From a virus, in the IMG/VR virus record IMGVR_UViG_3300007609_000008, positions 32,001-96,000 of that record: DNA of 64,000 nt. The stretch is one strand, 5' to 3'. The notes beneath the pieces are model-generated. The model saw only the letters and a program-made list of their open reading frames with translations, was not told the origin of the DNA and ran no database searches. Positions 26,327 through 34,720 of this stretch are shown here, piece by piece (position 1 is the first letter of the stretch; each line of letters starts with the position of its first letter). The position numbers and the translations under genes are program-made.

Positions 26327-27165
26327 GAATAACATTTCATAGAGATGACAAAGAAGTAGGGTACATTAATTTTTTGACGTATGATAATTTAGCGTTTAAA
26401 TACTTCAAAGAAAATATTCTGCAAACGACAATGAAAACAAAAACTACTGGTGTTAGTTTTGAAAAATCTAAGCTAGAAATAATAAACAATTATATTGAAT
26501 ATAAAGATGTTATAGAAAAAATAAATCAATATGATTACAGCGAGAAGATAGAAACTGATGTCTCCAAAGACATGAGTTTACAAAAGTTGTTTGACACTCA
26601 TGAATATTTTGAAGTTCTAGGTGAAGTTAGAAGAAAAGGACTTTTACCAGACACACAAGAAATGGACGATATGTTCAACTTAGCGTGTAGGATGAATACT
26701 TTGATTCATAAAATGGAAGGCTCTGCTACTTTAGAAGGCTCTCAATGGTTTCAAGCCCTTTTTGATAAGCCAACTATATACAGAACAGATTTAGATGATG
26801 CTCTATTAGCAGAAGCAGTCGAAGATTTTGAAGAACATAAAATTTATATAGGATACGGCGAAACAGGGAAAAATTTGCATCATTGTTTCCAATTCAATGA
26901 AACTGATTTAGTGCATAGAAAAATGGTACAACCTCAACGCTCAATTTTAACTGAAATATTTCTTGTGTTGAATGGAGAGATGCCTCTAAGATGGGAAAAA
27001 TTTGAGGAGTGGTGTATAGAAAATGATGTAGAATCGTATGGGTATGATTATAAAAATCCAAAATATTATGGCAAGTGGGCAATAGGTGAAATAGAATCAA
27101 AATCTTTTGAGACTCTGACAGCTTTTCCAGTTTATGATGAGGTTAGAATAACTTTTAATGATTAA
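26323..27165 (+). CDS. hypothetical protein, paralogue of 15585-16628
   Basis: LFDTHEYFE, RMNTLIHKME and YGETGKNLHHCF motifs. Confidence 0.8.
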   Translation: MRITFHRDDKEVGYINFLTYDNLAFKYFKENILQTTMKTKTTGVSFEKSKLEIINNYIEYKDVIEKINQYDYSEKIETDVSKDMSLQKLFDTHEYFEVLGEVRRKGLLPDTQEMDDMFNLACRMNTLIHKMEGSATLEGSQWFQALFDKPTIYRTDLDDALLAEAVEDFEEHKIYIGYGETGKNLHHCFQFNETDLVHRKMVQPQRSILTEIFLVLNGEMPLRWEKFEEWCIENDVESYGYDYKNPKYYGKWAIGEIESKSFETLTAFPVYDEVRITFND

Positions 27166-28582
27166 GTGGGGCATATCTGCCGGTACACATGATGCAGCTT
27201 TGACAGTAGTCAAGGACAATAAAATTCTTTTTTCTTCTCATGCAGAAAGATACAGTGGCATAAAAAATGACAAAGACTTGAATGCAGATTTGATTGCAGA
27301 GGCTTTATCATTTGGCACACCTGAAATTATCTTTTGGTATGAGAATCCCTATACAAAGGCAGCTAGAAAAATTTATGCTGGTCAGCCTAATGCTTGGATG
27401 AGTCCTAAGAAGTATCTAAATAAATACGGACTAGGTTGCATACCCATTGAGTATGGCAATCATCACGCTAGTCACATGGCAGCAGGTTACTACACATCTC
27501 CATTTGCGTCTGCTGCTACTCTTGTCATTGATGCAATAGGCGAGTTCAACACTGTGTCTATTTGGAAAGACAAGAAGAAAGTATGGACTGCTAACTATCC
27601 TTCATCACTAGGTCTTTTCTATTCTGCAATGACGGCACGAGTAGGACTAAAGCCTAACGAAGACGAATACATTCTCATGGGCATGGCAGCATACGGTAAT
27701 CCTGATCGATTCTATTCTGACATGAAAGAACTATGTCTTGATGGCACAAACTTTCATCGAGGCTGTTCTTGGTGGAAGCCTGAACTCACAGAAGACGATT
27801 ACTTTGATATAGCAGCAGCAACTCAAAAACTTTACGAGAAATACTTTGTGAGTCTTTTGCGACTCACTAAAGACATGACAGGATCAGATAATCTAGTCTT
27901 CATGGGCGGATGTGCATTGAACTGTCTCGCAAACAGAATCATACCTCAGCACTTTGAAAATCATTGGATCATGCCGAATCCTGGAGACGCAGGATCATCT
28001 CTAGGTGCTATTCTTTCGCATACTAAGCAGAAAGTGAAATTTGACAATGCATTTTTAGGTGAAGAGATAAAAGGCAAATATCCAGTTGACAAAGCACTCA
28101 AAGAACTGTTACAATGTGGTATAGTTGGAGTTGCAAGTGGTCGTGCAGAGTTTGGTCCAAGAGCATTGGGCAATCGTAGTTTATTAGCTGATCCTCGTGG
28201 TCAAGAGATGAAAGACAAAGTGAATGCAATCAAGAAGAGACAAGAGTTTAGACCTTTTGCTCCCGTGATATTGCAATCAGATGTGAATGAGTATTTCAAC
28301 GTCAATAAGAGTTTTTCTTCACCCTACATGCAGCAAATAGTTAGGTGTAAGTATCCTAAAGATTATCCTGCTATTGTTCACGAAGACGGCACAAGTAGAG
28401 TACAAACAGTGACAAAAGAGTCACATCCTGGACTATTTGAGTTACTTACTGAGTGGAAGAAAGAGACAGGATGCCCTATGTTACTCAATACGAGTCTAAA
28501 CATCAAAGGGAAACCTATTGTCAATAATTTACAAGATGCTAAAGATTTTCAGAATAAGTACAAGGTTAAAGTCGTAAGTTAA
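27158..28582 (+). CDS. carbamoyltransferase (NodU/CmcH family)
   Basis: THDAA, AERYSGIKND, HHASHMAAGY, VIDAIGE, GGCALNC, EFGPRALGNRS, RPFAP and LNTSLN motifs. Confidence 0.93.
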   Translation: MIKWGISAGTHDAALTVVKDNKILFSSHAERYSGIKNDKDLNADLIAEALSFGTPEIIFWYENPYTKAARKIYAGQPNAWMSPKKYLNKYGLGCIPIEYGNHHASHMAAGYYTSPFASAATLVIDAIGEFNTVSIWKDKKKVWTANYPSSLGLFYSAMTARVGLKPNEDEYILMGMAAYGNPDRFYSDMKELCLDGTNFHRGCSWWKPELTEDDYFDIAAATQKLYEKYFVSLLRLTKDMTGSDNLVFMGGCALNCLANRIIPQHFENHWIMPNPGDAGSSLGAILSHTKQKVKFDNAFLGEEIKGKYPVDKALKELLQCGIVGVASGRAEFGPRALGNRSLLADPRGQEMKDKVNAIKKRQEFRPFAPVILQSDVNEYFNVNKSFSSPYMQQIVRCKYPKDYPAIVHEDGTSRVQTVTKESHPGLFELLTEWKKETGCPMLLNTSLNIKGKPIVNNLQDAKDFQNKYKVKVVS

Positions 28583-28594
28583 ATAAATAACAGT

Positions 28595-28903
28595 ATGGGA
28601 CAAATCGTACAGTTTAAACAGAAAGAAAATACAGAGCCAGAAGTTAAGATTATAGGGCATCGTATTTCTTTCTATACAGAAGAAGAGCTAGACATTACGC
28701 TGATGGCGTTGAATGTGTATGGCTTTGAAGAAGTCAGATTCACTCGTAAGAATCTGAAAGACCTCGACCCACTTTACATTAAAAGATGTCTGATTAAGAT
28801 GAGAGATTCTGATCTTATTTCGACACTAGGATATAGAGTGATAAATATGATTATAGAAAACATTGAAGAAGTAACGGAGAATGATTATGCCAATGAAATT
28901 TAA
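28595..28903 (+). CDS. hypothetical protein
   Basis: 102 aa ORF in operon context. Confidence 0.75.
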   Translation: MGQIVQFKQKENTEPEVKIIGHRISFYTEEELDITLMALNVYGFEEVRFTRKNLKDLDPLYIKRCLIKMRDSDLISTLGYRVINMIIENIEEVTENDYANEI

Positions 28904-29066
28904 ACCATCATCTTACACACGAGTAGGCGGCATCAAGAAAGGCAGCCACACGTATATGTCAGGCGCATCTAATGCTACGCTACAAGAAGCACTAGAATCT
29001 AGCCTATCAAAGCCAAAATTCAAAGACAAGATTCGCAAAGAACTTGTTCGCCGAGGCGTTGCATAG
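28887..29066 (+). CDS. small basic conserved T4-like protein
   Basis: MPMKFKPS...KPKFKDKIRKELVRRG; GGAGA RBS favours ATG 28887. Confidence 0.7.
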   Translation: MPMKFKPSSYTRVGGIKKGSHTYMSGASNATLQEALESSLSKPKFKDKIRKELVRRGVA

Positions 29067-29383
29067 TGCCTACATACAACTTTGAGAATACTGAGACAGG
29101 CGAGATCACTCAACAGATCATGAAAATTTCTGAGAGAGATGCATTCCTCGAAGAAAATCCTCATATGAAAAGCATCATGTTGTCTGCGCCTGGAACAGTG
29201 AAAGCCACTGGTGACAGAACAAAAGCTCCCAATGGCTTCAAAGAAGTCTTATCAAAAATCAGTGAATCGAATCCGACAAGTGCGTTGGCGTCAGACTATG
29301 GTCACAAAGATCACAAGTCAGTCACTACTCGGAATATAGTCCAAAAACACAGAGATAAAGCAGGAGGTAATATCACAGAGTAA
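29066..29383 (+). CDS. conserved T4-like protein of the type found before phoH
   Basis: MPTYNFENTETGE...FLEENPH...GFKEVLSKI motif; GTG start. Confidence 0.75.
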   Translation: MPTYNFENTETGEITQQIMKISERDAFLEENPHMKSIMLSAPGTVKATGDRTKAPNGFKEVLSKISESNPTSALASDYGHKDHKSVTTRNIVQKHRDKAGGNITE

Positions 29384-29430
29384 GTTTTATATTATGGTTC
29401 TTTAACTTTAACCAACCATAGGAATTTTCT

Positions 29431-30180
29431 ATGCCAAAGAAGAATCTTCAGTTAGTACAAAACGAAAAAAATGAAAGACGCCCCTCAAACAGTCTCAAGA
29501 TTACTCTTGACGACATGATTACGATTTCAGCAAAGACCGAAAATCAAGGCCAGTTTATGTCCCAATACAGACATAACCCGGCCTTTTTATTGCATGGCTG
29601 TGCTGGAACGGGAAAAACTTTCATTGCCTTATATCGTGCGTTAGAAGAAGTGTTAGATAAACAAAACGGTTATGGTAAAGTAGTTGTTGTGCGATCCGCA
29701 GTACCTAGCAGAGACATTGGTCACTTACCTGGAAGCGAGGAGGAGAAAACAGAAGTTTACAGTGCGCCTTATCAATCTATGTGTCAGGAATTTTTTCCCA
29801 CAAAAGATAAGCCGTATCAACGATTAGTGGAGCAGAAACATTTAGAGTTTATGTGTACATCTTATGTAAGAGGCATTACATTAGACCACGCAATCGTTAT
29901 TGTTGATGAGTGTCAGAACTTGAATGACATGGAACTTAATAGTATAATGACACGAGTAGGCGTTAATACAAAGATTATTTTTTGCGGAGACTTCCGACAA
30001 ACAGATTTGTCTAAACGCTACGATATGTCAGGCATGCGTCAGTTTATGATTACAACCGAAGCTATGCCGTCATTCTGCTCAGTTGAGTTTGGCCCGGAAG
30101 ATATTGTCAGATCCGAGCTAGTCAAAGAGTATATCTTAGCCAGAATGCAGTATGAGGACGACTATGGCGTAAGTATCTGA
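29431..30180 (+). CDS. phoH: PhoH-family ATPase
   Basis: GCAGTGKT Walker A, GHLPG, RGITL, IVDECQN and GDFRQTDL. Confidence 0.95.
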   Translation: MPKKNLQLVQNEKNERRPSNSLKITLDDMITISAKTENQGQFMSQYRHNPAFLLHGCAGTGKTFIALYRALEEVLDKQNGYGKVVVVRSAVPSRDIGHLPGSEEEKTEVYSAPYQSMCQEFFPTKDKPYQRLVEQKHLEFMCTSYVRGITLDHAIVIVDECQNLNDMELNSIMTRVGVNTKIIFCGDFRQTDLSKRYDMSGMRQFMITTEAMPSFCSVEFGPEDIVRSELVKEYILARMQYEDDYGVSI

Positions 30181-30201
30181 TTTAATTGAAGTAATTAATT
30201 T

Positions 30202-30243
30202 AGAGTCCCTAAGGAAATCAAGTACTTAGGGACTCTTTTTTTG
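30202..30243 (+). terminator. 12-bp stem hairpin with T tract
   Basis: AGAGTCCCTAAG pairs with CTTAGGGACTCT, then a T run; AAATCAAGTACTTA spans the loop and 3' arm. Confidence 0.8.
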
Positions 30244-30244
30244 C

Positions 30245-30273
30245 TTGACATTTAGGCAAACACTTGCTATAAT
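30245..30273 (+). promoter_or_regulatory. sigma70 early promoter
   Basis: TTGACA 30245-30250, 17 bp, TGcTATAAT ending 30273. Confidence 0.85.
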
Positions 30274-30302
30274 AGCTATACAAAATGAAAAAGGAGATTG
30301 AC

Positions 30303-30518
30303 ATGTGGAATTTAGAAGGTATGCGAGTTACAGGCACTTACCTAGACGTAGTAGAAGTCTCTGGTAAAGTCACTCACAGCCGAGTAGCATACGGTGGTGG
30401 TGTTGAGCATCATGTTAAAATTGATGAGGGATTCACCGCAGTAAATGGTCGCTTGACACGACCCGCAGGTGATGTTATAATTATTCATCACAAACACATT
30501 ACGGGAGTGCGTGACTAA
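30303..30518 (+). CDS. small conserved phage protein
   Basis: MWNLEGMRVTGTYL...SRVAYGGGVEHHV; AAGGAG RBS. Confidence 0.75.
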   Translation: MWNLEGMRVTGTYLDVVEVSGKVTHSRVAYGGGVEHHVKIDEGFTAVNGRLTRPAGDVIIIHHKHITGVRD

Positions 30519-30661
30519 TGATTATTTTAAGCAATGGCCAGTCACAACAATTCTTTTCTTGTTATGCAGAAATTATAGATTTCATTGGCAACAGTGAGTT
30601 CAATTCAGTGATGAGTGGTGATCATCCACAGTACACATTGTCGTATGTGTCAATAACTTAA
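30518..30661 (+). CDS. 47-aa hypothetical protein (not in ORF track)
   Basis: Fills the gap exactly, with TAATG overlaps at both ends. Confidence 0.6.
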   Translation: MIILSNGQSQQFFSCYAEIIDFIGNSEFNSVMSGDHPQYTLSYVSIT

Positions 30662-31509
30662 TGAAAATATTCATTCCAACAGTAAATAGACCTGACAACC
30701 AGATTACTTACAATAATCTTCCAGATTCTTTGAAGAAAAATGTAACCATGGTTGTTCAAGCATGGGAAAGAGATAAGTATAATTACGATTGTGATTATCT
30801 TGTTCTTCCAGACACTGAAGAATTTCATTTCAGTCACTACTACTGTATATCAAAAACTCGCAAATTTATTTACGAAGCGGGTAAAGATATAAAGTATGCT
30901 GTATTAGACGATGACTTGTTGTTTGGCAGAAGAAATGCAAAATACTGGACAGGCATTTCTAATATGGAAATGTCAAAAAGAAAGTCTACCGAGCAAGATG
31001 TTTTAGACATGTTTGCGATGTATGAAAAATGGTTAGATGAAGAAGAAGTCACTGTTTGTGGTTGTTCACATTCAGAAAATCCTCCTGGCAACAAAGCGTT
31101 TACTCGTAACAGTTCTTTAGGCAGTGCATTGTGGATCAATGGTAAAGACTTCAAAGATGAGTTGCCAGAACTTGATCTTACTTCTGTTAAAGTTATGGAA
31201 GATACCTACTTTTTACTTCAGTTATTGAGTAGAGGTTATGGAAATAAAGTCAGCCAAGAATTTGTATTCTTTAATCAAAGTGTGCATAAGAAGAGTATGC
31301 AGTCTACTATATGGGACGAGCAGACGTTTCAGAATACACTGAAAGATCATAAAATAGTAGAAGCAGCCTTTCCTGGCATATTTACTATATTATACGATGA
31401 AAATGGTGAAAGAGTTAAAGGCGGCTTCAGAGATTTTGGTAAAGTTCGTGTACAGTGGAGTAAGGCATACAATAAAAAGTATGATTCATTGGACCACTTG
31501 TTTGATTAA
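30661..31509 (+). CDS. GT-A fold glycosyltransferase, TAGT/GREB1-related-like
   Basis: KIFIPTVNR N-terminus, VLDDDL (DxD) and late EDTYFLLQLLSRG motif. Confidence 0.7.
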   Translation: MKIFIPTVNRPDNQITYNNLPDSLKKNVTMVVQAWERDKYNYDCDYLVLPDTEEFHFSHYYCISKTRKFIYEAGKDIKYAVLDDDLLFGRRNAKYWTGISNMEMSKRKSTEQDVLDMFAMYEKWLDEEEVTVCGCSHSENPPGNKAFTRNSSLGSALWINGKDFKDELPELDLTSVKVMEDTYFLLQLLSRGYGNKVSQEFVFFNQSVHKKSMQSTIWDEQTFQNTLKDHKIVEAAFPGIFTILYDENGERVKGGFRDFGKVRVQWSKAYNKKYDSLDHLFD

Positions 31510-31510
31510 T

Positions 31511-31585
31511 GCGCTTGTGGTGAAAGGGATATCACAGGAGCCTTCTAAGCTCTTATTCCAGGTTCGAATCCTGGCAGGCGTACCA
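31511..31585 (+). tRNA. tRNA-Arg (anticodon UCU)
   Basis: Full cloverleaf: acceptor GCGCTTG/CAGGCGT, D stem GTGA/TCAC, anticodon loop CT-TCT-AA, T loop TTCGAAT, encoded CCA. Confidence 0.95.
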
Positions 31586-31599
31586 AATTTAGGAATATT

Positions 31600-32262
31600 A
31601 TGAAAAATTTTATACACATTGAAGCTCCAACATTACCATCTCTGTCTCGTAAAAACATAGACGGCAAGAGAGTATATGTAAATGGAGATGGAGATAAATA
31701 TCCATCTGTCACTTCAGTTCTTTCTGTTCGTGGTAAGAAAGGTATATTTGAGTGGCGCCAACGAGTTGGTGCAGAAGAAGCAGATAGAGTTTCACGTAAA
31801 GCCTCTACTCGAGGCACAAGAATACATAAATTGTGTGAAACATACTTGCTTAACGAAGAACTACCTGAATTGTTGCCACTAGACTTAGATACTTGGAAAA
31901 AATTTCGACCTATTGTTGAGCGCATAGATAATATTCATTACGTTGAACCATTTCTGTATAGTAATCATTTAGGAATGGCAGGTCAGTGTGACTGTATTGC
32001 AGAGTTTGATGGTAAGTTGTCGGTCATTGACTTTAAGACTTCACGCCGTCTCAAAAAGCATGAAGGCATTTCAGGTTACTTTGCTCAATGTGCTGCATAT
32101 GCTGTTATGTATGAGGAACTAACTGGAATCGCTATAAATAGAACAGTTGTCCTTATTGCAGTAGATGGTGAAGAGCCACAAATCTTTATAGAGAAGCGTG
32201 ACAATTACACTGACTATCTTTTAGAGTCAAAAAGAATGTTTGAAAATGGCGAATACGACTAG
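31600..32262 (+). CDS. PD-(D/E)XK (Cas4-like) exonuclease
   Basis: YPSVTSVL, RGTRIH, AGQCDCI...IDFKTS, Q..AYA motifs. Confidence 0.88.
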   Translation: MKNFIHIEAPTLPSLSRKNIDGKRVYVNGDGDKYPSVTSVLSVRGKKGIFEWRQRVGAEEADRVSRKASTRGTRIHKLCETYLLNEELPELLPLDLDTWKKFRPIVERIDNIHYVEPFLYSNHLGMAGQCDCIAEFDGKLSVIDFKTSRRLKKHEGISGYFAQCAAYAVMYEELTGIAINRTVVLIAVDGEEPQIFIEKRDNYTDYLLESKRMFENGEYD

Positions 32263-32271
32263 GAGAAACAT

Positions 32272-32661
32272 ATGAGAGCATTACTTTTTATAGCAGCACT
32301 AGTACCATCAATCGCATTTGCTCAGATTGAGATAGTTTCAAAGCGACCTTACTATGTTATGGTTACTCAGCAAGAATGTGAGATACGAGAAGTCTATGTT
32401 GAGAATACTACAGGCGCATCAATCGTAGGTGGTGTCATCGGAGCAGCTATCGGCAATGAGATTGGCGGCGGTTCGGGTAGAAAGATTGCTACTGTAGTCG
32501 GTGCAATTACTGGCGCTAATGTTGGACGCACTCGTGCCCAGAACAATGGCAGAATAGAACAACGACAGATTTGCCGTGATGTGCAAGTGCAAGAGCAGCG
32601 TGGTGAATATGTCACAATGCGATACAACGGCAAGTTGTTTACACAATTATTTAATTTTTAG
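32272..32661 (+). CDS. secreted glycine-zipper 2TM protein (YcfJ-like)
   Basis: Signal peptide, then GGVIGAAIGNEIGGGSGRKIATVVGAITGANVG. Confidence 0.85.
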   Translation: MRALLFIAALVPSIAFAQIEIVSKRPYYVMVTQQECEIREVYVENTTGASIVGGVIGAAIGNEIGGGSGRKIATVVGAITGANVGRTRAQNNGRIEQRQICRDVQVQEQRGEYVTMRYNGKLFTQLFNF

Positions 32662-32950
32662 AATTCGTTGAAGCATGTAATAGGAAGTTTGGACAGGGGT
32701 GCAACTCCCCTCGCCTCCACCATAAGCACATTGGCTTATGTTCGTATCAAGACCGTAAGTGGAACAATACGATCCCAGTGTGTTTATGATGGGGGCGATT
32801 TAGATTCGACAGACAACTGAAAGCATGTGGAGAATAGGTGCGGGAGCTACCTTAAATGCAACAAACTTAATAAATGCCAACGATGAAGCATTTTCTCTAG
32901 CCGCTTAGGTTAGATGAGGTATGGGTACCGCCTTATAACCAAATGGGCCC
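32661..32950 (+). ncRNA. ssrA: circularly permuted (two-piece) tmRNA
   Basis: T-arm and CGCCTCC-A-CCA end at 32722, BEFORE the 5' strand GGGGGCG at 32791 (G3:U70 pair); tag frame 32876-32908 encodes ANDEAFSLAA*; outer boundaries approximate. Confidence 0.92.
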
Positions 32951-32969
32951 ACAACTAAGGAAGACAATC

Positions 32970-33566
32970 ATGAATCTAGTAAGAGAAACACTTCCTATGA
33001 TTGCAGCAGTAGTAGTGCTCGTCATAGTAAGTAAGTTAGCTTATAATGAAAATGATGTTCAAGCGGCACCTGTAGCTAAAGACACTACAAGTGTAGCTAG
33101 ACCTAATTCGTTCTATCAAGTAGCACAAAAAGAGACTCACTGTCTTGCTACTAATATGTATTTTGAAGCACGAGGTGAATCATTTGAAGGCAAGAAAGCA
33201 GTCGCCTTCGTGACTCTCAATCGTGTAGACAGCGATAAATTCCCAAACAACATTTGTGATGTAGTGTATCAAGCACAACACTCTTATTGGTGGAAGACCC
33301 AGAGAGATCGTCTTGTGCCGATTCGTCACAAGTGTCAGTTCAGTTGGTATTGTGATGGCAAATCAGATACTATCAGAAACACGCATGAATATGAATCACT
33401 ATATAGATTAGCAAGTGAAATTATTGTTGGCAAACACCAAGACAACACAGGCGGTGCTGATTACTATCATGCAACACATGTAAAGCCTAAGTGGCGCACA
33501 GCTTTTAATCAGACTACACAAATAGATGAGCACATATTCTATTCCTCGCTTGACAAGAAAATCTAA
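32970..33566 (+). CDS. SleB-like cell wall hydrolase (Hydrolase_2)
   Basis: CLATNMYFEARGE, VTLNRV, ICDVVYQ, CQFSWYCDG, YYHA and HIFY; N-terminal TM anchor. Confidence 0.9.
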   Translation: MNLVRETLPMIAAVVVLVIVSKLAYNENDVQAAPVAKDTTSVARPNSFYQVAQKETHCLATNMYFEARGESFEGKKAVAFVTLNRVDSDKFPNNICDVVYQAQHSYWWKTQRDRLVPIRHKCQFSWYCDGKSDTIRNTHEYESLYRLASEIIVGKHQDNTGGADYYHATHVKPKWRTAFNQTTQIDEHIFYSSLDKKI

Positions 33567-33577
33567 TAGTGTATAAT
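33550..33577 (+). promoter_or_regulatory. sigma70 promoter
   Basis: TTGACA 33550-33555, 16 bp, TATAAT 33572-33577. Confidence 0.7.
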
Positions 33578-33584
33578 AAAATAT

Positions 33585-34439
33585 ATGAGTGAAAAAGCAA
33601 GAATTGTTGTTACAGGTGGATGTGGATTTATTGGTTCACATTTAGTGCAAAGATTAGCCGAAATTGGTTTCTATGTTTATGTAGTAGACGACATGAGGCA
33701 AGGAGATTATGTGTTTGATCTTCCTAATGTCGAGTATTTTTTTGAAGATGTTGCTACGTGTCAACTAACAGAAAAAATAAAACGTCCACTTGGAATTATT
33801 CACCTAGCAAATAGTCCTCGTGTTCGGCGTTCTTTTGAAGAGCCTAGAGACACTATAAATAATAATATAACTACAACGACTGCTGTTTGTGATTGGGCAA
33901 GATACTGGCAAACTTTTCTGTTCTTCGCCACATCTTCAAGCACACAGTATAAAGATTCGGTCAATCCTTATACTTGGAGCAAAGCAGCGTGTGAAGGAAT
34001 ATTGGACTTGTACAAAGAACTTTATGATTTAAAATTCATGAAAATGTTCTTCTACAATGTTTACGGACCTGGTGAAGCAGATTATGGTCCATACAGTACA
34101 GTAATAAGAAAGTTTAAGAAAGATTATTTGAAAGGTAATTCTCTTACTATTTTTGGAAACGGAAGCAAAGAAAGAGACTTTACTCATGTTGATGATGTTG
34201 TACAAGGCATATTGCAATTATTAGTAGATCCTAGGCACTTAGAAGAAGTACACTTCGGTAAAGGTGATCCTAAGACTATACTATCAATTGCTCAAGCATT
34301 TAATACCTCAATCGTTCACAGTTTTGATAAACCAGGAGAAGCGCAGACAACACTCTGTACAAATCCTTATATAGAATGTCCTAATGATGTATTCAGTTAC
34401 ATAGATAACTGGATTAAGGAGAACAAGATTGACAATTAG
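33585..34439 (+). CDS. NAD-dependent epimerase/dehydratase
   Basis: VTGGCGFIGSHL, YTWSK (YxxxK), FYNVYGP and RDFTHVDD. Confidence 0.9.
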   Translation: MSEKARIVVTGGCGFIGSHLVQRLAEIGFYVYVVDDMRQGDYVFDLPNVEYFFEDVATCQLTEKIKRPLGIIHLANSPRVRRSFEEPRDTINNNITTTTAVCDWARYWQTFLFFATSSSTQYKDSVNPYTWSKAACEGILDLYKELYDLKFMKMFFYNVYGPGEADYGPYSTVIRKFKKDYLKGNSLTIFGNGSKERDFTHVDDVVQGILQLLVDPRHLEEVHFGKGDPKTILSIAQAFNTSIVHSFDKPGEAQTTLCTNPYIECPNDVFSYIDNWIKENKIDN

Positions 34440-34719
34440 AGTAGTAAACGAATTTATGGCGAACTTAGATAAACTTACCGACGTTTTTATCATAACAAAA
34501 AAGTTTAATACGCCCGCAGAATTTTCTCAGCATATAGAAAGACGAGCTGTTCATACAAAATCAAGTTGCATGGATATTTTAATAGAATATTGTATGAGTA
34601 ATGATATTGAAATTGAAAGTGTCAATAAACTGCTGAGTTCTAGTCTCAAAGAAAAACTTGAGGCAGAGGCGCAAGAATTAAATCTTCTTAAGGTGAAATC
34701 AAATAAACTACCTTTTTAA
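34429..34719 (+). CDS. gp33: late transcription coactivator gp33
   Basis: F...IE...MDILIEYC..NDIEIESV.KLLS.SLKEKLEAEA..LN.LK; T4-like synteny with gp59 and gp32. Confidence 0.88.
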   Translation: MTIRVVNEFMANLDKLTDVFIITKKFNTPAEFSQHIERRAVHTKSSCMDILIEYCMSNDIEIESVNKLLSSSLKEKLEAEAQELNLLKVKSNKLPF

Positions 34720-34720
34720 T

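Noticed and set aside
34429-34460. TTGACA at the gp33 start
   Set aside because: No -10 hexamer at 16-18 bp; it is better explained as a TTG start codon after an AAGGAG RBS.
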